From Oceanispirochaeta sp. (lineage in GTDB: Bacteria > Spirochaetota > Spirochaetia > DSM-2461), in NCBI GenBank assembly GCA_963663385.2, contig CAXXXD010000004.1:672001-736000 (forward strand): a stretch of 64,000 bases of DNA. Reading direction: 5' to 3'. The notes under the pieces were generated by a model. That model saw only the letters and a program-made list of their open reading frames with translations, did no database searches and was not told where the DNA came from. This document shows positions 58,281-64,000 of this stretch, one piece after another. Numbering within the stretch: position 1 is the first letter of the stretch; the number at the start of each line of letters is the position of its first letter. The translations under genes were made by a program, and so were the position numbers.

Positions 58281-59284
58281 TGGACCAGTTGACCCTGAAA
58301 AATGGATTATTGAATAGGAAGCCCGATATGGCCGGCTGCTTTTCATCACTCTTTAAGGAGTACCTTGTTCTAGCCGCTATCGGTCTGCTGGTTCTGGTAA
58401 CAGCTATTGCTGAACCGAAATTCCTGTCTGCGGCAAACCTGACTAATATTATGCGGCAGTTCGGACCATTGATTATGGTGGCTCTGGGCATGACATTTGT
58501 TATTATCGGCGGATTTATAGATCTTTCGGTGGCCGGCATTATGTCGCTGGTAGCTGTTGTCACTCTATCGCTTATTGAACCTCTCGGGCAGATTCCCGCC
58601 TTGATCCTCGGACTGAGCCTGGGAGCCTTCTGCGGTTTATTCAACAGTTTTCTTGTCCTGGTCAGCGGTGCTGTAACACAGGCGGAGGCGCTTTTCATCA
58701 CTTTCGGTATGAGTGTCGTCTATGGCGGAGCCGCTTTGATCTATACAGGCGGCGTGACCGATCATATGAGCTATATAGAAAGAGATTATTCGGTTTTTAC
58801 AAGTATAGGGACAGGAACACTGGGTATTTTCTCGGTATCGTTTCTGATTTTTCTCTTTGCCCTTTTTGTACTTTTTATTTTTCAGAGCAAAACCTATATG
58901 GGAAGAACCATCAGCCTTATCGGAGGGAATAAAACCGCCGCCGGATTATCGGGAATCTCAATAGGCAAGGGTATTATGACGATCTATACCGTATCAGGTT
59001 TGATGACAGCTCTCGGAGCCATTGTCCTTTTTTCCAGGGTCACAACGGCATCTCCCGTTATCGGAAAAAACTTTGATACAAATGCCATCCTGGCTGTTGT
59101 CGTAGGCGGGACCTCTCTGTCGGGAGGGAAAGGCAGTGTTATCCGGACCGTTCTGGGAACAATGCTGGTTATTCTTCTTGCCAACTGCATGAATCTTCTG
59201 GGTGTTTCTGTCTATATGCAGAATGTTATGAAAGGGGCCATCCTTATCCTGGCCATCTGGCTGGACAGCCGAAAACAGAAATAG
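58277..59284 (+). CDS. CUT2 sugar ABC permease
   Basis: GMTFVII.G.IDLSV, AVVVGGTSL.GG.G. Confidence 0.9.
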   Translation: MMDQLTLKNGLLNRKPDMAGCFSSLFKEYLVLAAIGLLVLVTAIAEPKFLSAANLTNIMRQFGPLIMVALGMTFVIIGGFIDLSVAGIMSLVAVVTLSLIEPLGQIPALILGLSLGAFCGLFNSFLVLVSGAVTQAEALFITFGMSVVYGGAALIYTGGVTDHMSYIERDYSVFTSIGTGTLGIFSVSFLIFLFALFVLFIFQSKTYMGRTISLIGGNKTAAGLSGISIGKGIMTIYTVSGLMTALGAIVLFSRVTTASPVIGKNFDTNAILAVVVGGTSLSGGKGSVIRTVLGTMLVILLANCMNLLGVSVYMQNVMKGAILILAIWLDSRKQK

Positions 59285-59296
59285 GAGATTCCCTGA

Positions 59297-60256
59297 ATGA
59301 ATGATCTTAATAGAAAATTCTTTATTATGGTAACCAGACAAAAGGCATTCCTGGCAGTTCTTGCCATGTTTTTTATGATGCTTTTTTTTAAAACCAATTT
59401 CTTTACAGGTTTTAATCTTTTCGATCTTGTGAATTCCGCCTCTATTCTGCTTATACTGGCGTTTGGCATTACCCTTGTAATCATAGCCGGCGGGATTGAT
59501 CTTTCCATAGGCGGGACTATGGCTCTGTCCGGCATTATCTGTATTAAATTTCTGAACTCGATGCCAATAGTCCCGGCGATTACGGGAACCCTTCTCGTGG
59601 GAGCTCTAATCGGCATGGTTAACGGTTATCTGGTTGTGTATCAGAAAACTGAGCCCTTTATCATCACTCTGGGAATGGGTATTTTCCTGACGGGACTGGC
59701 CCAGCAGATTACGGACGCCCATCCCATTGCAGCCTCAAATCTCAATTTTATGATGATTGCCAACGGGCGGCTGTTTAATGTTATCCCCAATCTCGTGATT
59801 ATAATGCTGCTGGTATTTGCCGTAACATTCCGGATTCTCCGTTATACCCAGTTTGGAAGAAACTGTTATGCCGTTGGAGGAGACTATGACGTGGCAAAAT
59901 ACTCCGGGATCAATGTCCGGCGGATCAGATCGGCTACATATGTACTGTGCGGTACTGCCGCGGCTCTGGGAGGGGTCATGCTCTCTTCCAAGCTGAACTC
60001 AGGTTCCTCCGTTTACGGGGATGCTACCGCTCTGACTGTTATCAGCGGTGTTGTTGTAGGAGGAACATCCCTGGCCGGCGGTGTAGGGGGTGTCACCCAG
60101 ACGGCAGTCGGGCTCCTTGTGTTCGGTGTTATGGAAAATGCCATGAATATGCTGGGGATCGATTCCTATGTACAGATGATCCTGCGGGGGGTTGTTATTG
60201 TGAGCATCCTCTGTCTTGACAGCTACGGTCGCAAGCGCAAACGGGAAGCCGTATAA
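59297..60256 (+). CDS. CUT2 sugar ABC permease
   Basis: GGIDLSIG, PFIITLG, FGR..YAVGG, VVGGTSLAGG.G. Confidence 0.9.
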   Translation: MNDLNRKFFIMVTRQKAFLAVLAMFFMMLFFKTNFFTGFNLFDLVNSASILLILAFGITLVIIAGGIDLSIGGTMALSGIICIKFLNSMPIVPAITGTLLVGALIGMVNGYLVVYQKTEPFIITLGMGIFLTGLAQQITDAHPIAASNLNFMMIANGRLFNVIPNLVIIMLLVFAVTFRILRYTQFGRNCYAVGGDYDVAKYSGINVRRIRSATYVLCGTAAALGGVMLSSKLNSGSSVYGDATALTVISGVVVGGTSLAGGVGGVTQTAVGLLVFGVMENAMNMLGIDSYVQMILRGVVIVSILCLDSYGRKRKREAV

Positions 60257-60260
60257 TCCT

Positions 60261-61226
60261 ATGGAGAAATTACTGTGCGGCGTGGATCTGGGAGGAACGA
60301 AACTTGCGGCGGCTCTCTTCAAACAGGATGGAACCCTGATCGCTAAAAAGCTTGTATACGATCACCGGAAGGACTCCTGTGATGAAGTTGTTCAGGTCAT
60401 TGTCGAACTTCTGGGGAAACTCTTTAGGGAGAATGGAGTAGACACCGCCCGGATTGCGGGAATCGGAACAGCACTGGCCGGTCATATACTGTACGAAGAA
60501 GGTAAAATCATCACCACAAGTAATTTCCCGGTCAACATGCAGGGGTATCCCTTTGCAGACAGACTGGGCGCTTACTTTCCCGGTGTGAAAATCCTGCTGG
60601 ACAATGATGCCAACGCCCAGGCCTACGGAGAGTATAAATATGGCGCCGGGCGGGGCTCCGGATCACTGGTTTTTGTTACGGTCAGTACAGGACTCGGCAG
60701 CGGGATAATCCTGGATGGAAAGGTGATTCGGGGGCAGAGCGGTACGGCGGGAGAGATCGGACACTGTATCGTTGATTATAAATCCGATGTAAGGTGCAGC
60801 TGCGGTAATTTCGGCTGTGCCATGGCACTGGCTTCGGGACTGTTCTTTCCTGATCTTTACAGTATGTATATGAAACAAGGTCTTTACAGCACTATTGATA
60901 TAACAGAAGAGAATGTCGGTCAGGTTGACGGCAGGATGATTCTGGAGGGGATTCGCGCAGAAGATCCTGTTTCCTGTGCGGTTGCGGAAAATTCGGCTGT
61001 TGTTGTAGGAACCAGCCTCTTCAATATCTTCTCAATGCTGGATCCGGAACTTGTCGTTCTCGGCGGTGGTCTGATGGCTCTCGGGAAAGACTATATTAAG
61101 CGGATCATTGAGGAATTTCACTCTCATACCCATGGAATGATGTATAGGGAGATGAAGATCAAGCTGGCTGAAACCGGTGCTGACGCCGGATTGTTGGGAG
61201 CCGCTTCACTTATTCTGGAGGGGTAA
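60261..61226 (+). CDS. ROK family sugar kinase 2 (paralog of 47042-48007)
   Basis: GVDLGGTK, DNDANAQAYGEYK, GEIGH, CSCGNFGCAMALASG. Confidence 0.9.
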   Translation: MEKLLCGVDLGGTKLAAALFKQDGTLIAKKLVYDHRKDSCDEVVQVIVELLGKLFRENGVDTARIAGIGTALAGHILYEEGKIITTSNFPVNMQGYPFADRLGAYFPGVKILLDNDANAQAYGEYKYGAGRGSGSLVFVTVSTGLGSGIILDGKVIRGQSGTAGEIGHCIVDYKSDVRCSCGNFGCAMALASGLFFPDLYSMYMKQGLYSTIDITEENVGQVDGRMILEGIRAEDPVSCAVAENSAVVVGTSLFNIFSMLDPELVVLGGGLMALGKDYIKRIIEEFHSHTHGMMYREMKIKLAETGADAGLLGAASLILEG

Positions 61227-61267
61227 ATCATTCCTTTCGGAATCAGTTTGTACTGTCAGAATCTGTT

Positions 61268-61302
61268 AAACTCATCGGGACATTCCCGGTGAGTTTTTTT
61301 TT
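61268..61302 (+). terminator. Rho-independent terminator
   Basis: AACTCATCGGGA-CAT-TCCCGGTGAGTT plus T-run. Confidence 0.75.
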
Positions 61303-61459
61303 GCCGTCCGGAAACTGCCCGGTTCAGATCAGTTCCTCTTTTTTGTCTACCGGAGGCGATCGTCTACTGATTGTTCCGGGTGCCGATTACTATAGGCCCG
61401 TCAGAAATGAATGCGGAATGGATGCGGGTTGATAAAGGGAGCAACCCGCAGAAATCCGG

Positions 61460-62329
61460 TTAGTTCATATTGAGAAAATACTCTCTGACACACCTGGCAA
61501 CAGCATCGGAGGTTTCGGAAAATATGATTCCCTTTGAGCGGATAAGGGACGTATCCAGACGGGCGTCACGGGGTTTGTCCGCATACTTCTCCTCATCCCG
61601 GATTACCAGTTCCGGGATGCGGTGTTCCAGACCCATTTCCTTCAGAATCTGACAGACCACATCATACCGGTTCTTTTTGTTCTCTGCTCCCACATGGTAG
61701 GTTCCGGGAGGAAGGTTCATAATTTTATCGAACTGATCCATGAGCTCATTGACATAGGTGAGCCCGCGGTACTCGTTGCAGGGAACCCTCATCGGTTCAT
61801 TCCTCATTACGGATTTTACCGTATCCCAGAAGATATTATTCACAACAGGCCTGTTCCTCTCGGGAACGCCGAACATCCAGGTAAAGCGGAGGATGATCAG
61901 ATCGCCCAGAATGTCCTTGATTTTACCTTCCGCTTCCAGCTTGTTCCTGCCGTACATGGTATCGGGAACAGGGGTGTCTGTCTCTTTATAGGGACCGGGA
62001 TCGGGGTTGCCGTTGAATACCTGCTCCGTACTGAGAAAGATCATCCTGGCGCCTGTCTCCCTGCAGGCTTCTGCTATATTGACCGCCCCGTCCACATTGA
62101 TGGCATGGCATTTTTCGGGATTTTTATTACAGAAATCCGTCAGGGCTATGGCAGCCGCATGAATCACATAATCGGGCTTGTAAAGCTTGAAGGCATCCAG
62201 GATTTTATCCTTTTCAAGAATATTCAGTTCCTGTACGTCCGTAGCCAGTATTTCATAGTTATGATGATGAGCTTCCCGGAATCGGGTCCCGATAAAACCG
62301 TTCCCGCCGGTCAGAAGAACTCTTTTCAT
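61460..62329 (-). CDS. RmlD-like (extended SDR) NAD(P)-dependent oxidoreductase
   Basis: TGGNGFIG, PD.VIHAAA, N..G..N.A, STE.VF.G, PY.E.D...P...YG..K. Confidence 0.85.
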   Translation of the reverse strand: MKRVLLTGGNGFIGTRFREAHHHNYEILATDVQELNILEKDKILDAFKLYKPDYVIHAAAIALTDFCNKNPEKCHAINVDGAVNIAEACRETGARMIFLSTEQVFNGNPDPGPYKETDTPVPDTMYGRNKLEAEGKIKDILGDLIILRFTWMFGVPERNRPVVNNIFWDTVKSVMRNEPMRVPCNEYRGLTYVNELMDQFDKIMNLPPGTYHVGAENKKNRYDVVCQILKEMGLEHRIPELVIRDEEKYADKPRDARLDTSLIRSKGIIFSETSDAVARCVREYFLNMN

Positions 62330-62407
62330 TCCTCTCTCCTTGTTTTCTGTTTTTTATCTGATTTTTCGAATATTATACACTAATCTGTAAAATAAAGATA
62401 GACTAAT

Positions 62408-62440
62408 TTTCATATGATAGTATATAATTTTCATATGATA
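62408..62440. promoter_or_regulatory. Operator pair, 21-bp spacing, in the divergent RmlD-like/GRE intergenic region
   Basis: TTTCATATGATA at 62408 and 62429. Confidence 0.7.
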
Positions 62441-62457
62441 AATATTGGAGGTGCGTT

Positions 62458-64000
62458 GTGTCTGATATCTCAATGCTGAAATCCATGAAAATTGAAGAGG
62501 AAATCCTCAGTTTAAAGAATAAGATAATGGGTGAAGAGCGGATTGTTTCAATGGAACAGGCTGTCAGTATCACCAGATCCTATAAAGAGAATCCCGGTGA
62601 TCCGGTTGTTCTGCAGAGGGCAAAGGCCTTTTCCCGCTCCCTTGAAGAAATCCCTGTAAGGATTGATCCGGAAGAAAGGATTGTCGGAAACAGAACCCCC
62701 GGTATCCGCAGCGGTGTCGTATTTCCCGAAGCGGGCCTTTCCTGGCTGGAGAGGGAGTTTGATACCCTCCACAGCAGACCTCAGGACAAATTCCGCCAGT
62801 CCAGTAAAGACCTGGAAATCCTTTTCGGCTATCTTCTGCCTTTCTGGAAGGGGCATACCCTGGAAGACTATATCGGGAGGGAGAAGGGGACGGAGATAAA
62901 GGAGATCGGCAAGGTTGTAAAAATCAACCAGAAGGATCATGCCCAGGGGCATATCGCTCCCGACTGCATTTCCTGGTTAAAACAAGGACCGGCCGGTCTG
63001 GCGCAGCAGTACCGGACGGCCCTGAAAGGATCTTCCGGTTCCCGTCGAGATTTCTATCAGGCCGTGGTGATCGTTCTGGAGGCCGCCAGCGCCTATATGC
63101 TCCGCTATGCGGAACAGGCGAAGAAACAGGCCGGTGAATCGGAATGGATGATGGAAACTTCCCGGATCTGCCGGAAACTGGCCGTGGAACCTCCCGAAAC
63201 GTTTCATGAAGCCCTTCAATCGCTCTGGTTTCTCTTTGTTCTCCTTCAGGCGGAATCCAATGCTTCCTCCTTCTCTCCCGGACGGCTGGATCAGTACCTG
63301 TACCCTTTTCTGAAAGGGGATCTTGATTCGGGTCGGCTATCTCTGGGAGAAGCTCAGCTTCTGCTGGAGCATCTCTGGTTAAGTTTCAACAAGATTGTGT
63401 ACCTCAGGAATTCAGAGGGGGCCCGTTATTTTGCAGGCTTTCCCATCGGATTCAATGTGGCTGTAGGCGGTCAGACAGAAGACGGCAAAGACGCTTCCAA
63501 TCTCCTTTCCTGGATGTGTCTGAAGGCGCAGGAACATATCGGCCTGCCCCAGCCGAACCTTTCAGTCCGTTTGCATGCGAACAGTCCTGACAGTTTTATT
63601 GATTTCAGTTCCCGGGTTATCGGTCTGGGCAGCGGGATGCCCCAGATTTTTAATGACGAGAGTATAATCCCGGCTCTGGAAAATGTGGGAATCTCCCATT
63701 CTGATGCCATGAACTATGCTGTAGTAGGGTGCGTTGAACTGACGACTCCCGGGAACAACCTGGGATGGAGTGATGCGGCCATGTTCAATCTGGTGAAGGC
63801 GCTGGAGATGGCCCTGAACAATGGTGTCTGTCTGCAGACGGAAGAGCAGATAGGTCCCCGTTTCGGCTCTCTTGAAGATTTTAAAAGTTTCGATGAACTG
63901 GAAGAGGCATTCCGGAAACAGATGGACTACTATATAGACCGGATGATGGGGATCTGTGATTTTGTCGACCGGGCCCATGCCGAAATCCTTCCGTCTCCCT
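62458..64000 (+). CDS. Glycyl radical enzyme, PflD-like; truncated by the window end and absent from the ORF track
   Basis: Manual translation from GTG after GGAGG: ...IVGNRT...RPQDKF...INQKDHAQGHI...ESNASSFSPGRLDQY...ARYFAGFPIG...LPQPNLSVR...GMPQIFNDE...VVGCVEL.TPG..GWSDAAMFNL.K. Catalytic Cys at 63730-63732; frame open to 64000. Confidence 0.9.
   Translation, partial: MSDISMLKSMKIEEEILSLKNKIMGEERIVSMEQAVSITRSYKENPGDPVVLQRAKAFSRSLEEIPVRIDPEERIVGNRTPGIRSGVVFPEAGLSWLEREFDTLHSRPQDKFRQSSKDLEILFGYLLPFWKGHTLEDYIGREKGTEIKEIGKVVKINQKDHAQGHIAPDCISWLKQGPAGLAQQYRTALKGSSGSRRDFYQAVVIVLEAASAYMLRYAEQAKKQAGESEWMMETSRICRKLAVEPPETFHEALQSLWFLFVLLQAESNASSFSPGRLDQYLYPFLKGDLDSGRLSLGEAQLLLEHLWLSFNKIVYLRNSEGARYFAGFPIGFNVAVGGQTEDGKDASNLLSWMCLKAQEHIGLPQPNLSVRLHANSPDSFIDFSSRVIGLGSGMPQIFNDESIIPALENVGISHSDAMNYAVVGCVELTTPGNNLGWSDAAMFNLVKALEMALNNGVCLQTEEQIGPRFGSLEDFKSFDELEEAFRKQMDYYIDRMMGICDFVDRAHAEILPSP

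Noticed and set aside
62548..63978. Short minus-strand ORFs at the window end
   Set aside because: They are shadows of the + strand glycyl radical enzyme gene.

Overview
This is a bacterial chromosomal window, most likely from a free-living Spirochaetaceae (inferred from the 'FAxGxxE' binding-protein signal peptides, the HTH-EIIA fusion and the MCPs). The left part (1-17.7 kb) holds signalling and housekeeping genes: RNHCP-rsgA behind a leader peptide, an MCP, hybrid kinases, two initiator tRNA-Met genes with tRNA-linked repeats, prsW-hisC, an MFS-HEAT protein, two candidate ECF-driven sRNAs, a GNAT-histidine kinase fusion and a degenerate sulfatase. The middle (17.8-36 kb) is a carbohydrate locus with YphG/DUF5107, three URO-D-family proteins and araFGH. 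It also has a sigma54 two-component system whose kinase carries an N-terminal, degenerate sugar-ABC ATPase domain. The right part (40.8-64 kb) is a YciT-like DeoR regulon marked by TTTCATATGAAA-like boxes spaced 21-22 bp apart. The boxes link a Gfo/Idh/MocA oxidoreductase, two sugar ABC systems, two ROK kinases lacking the anomeric-OH-binding Glu, an RmlD-like reductase and a PflD-like glycyl radical enzyme, which suggests a PTS-independent 1,5-anhydrohexitol pathway. A separate LacI-controlled ABC/rhaM/isomerase operon sits inside that regulon. No transposase, integrase, rRNA or CRISPR array was seen. All family calls come from motif recognition by eye; no searches were run.
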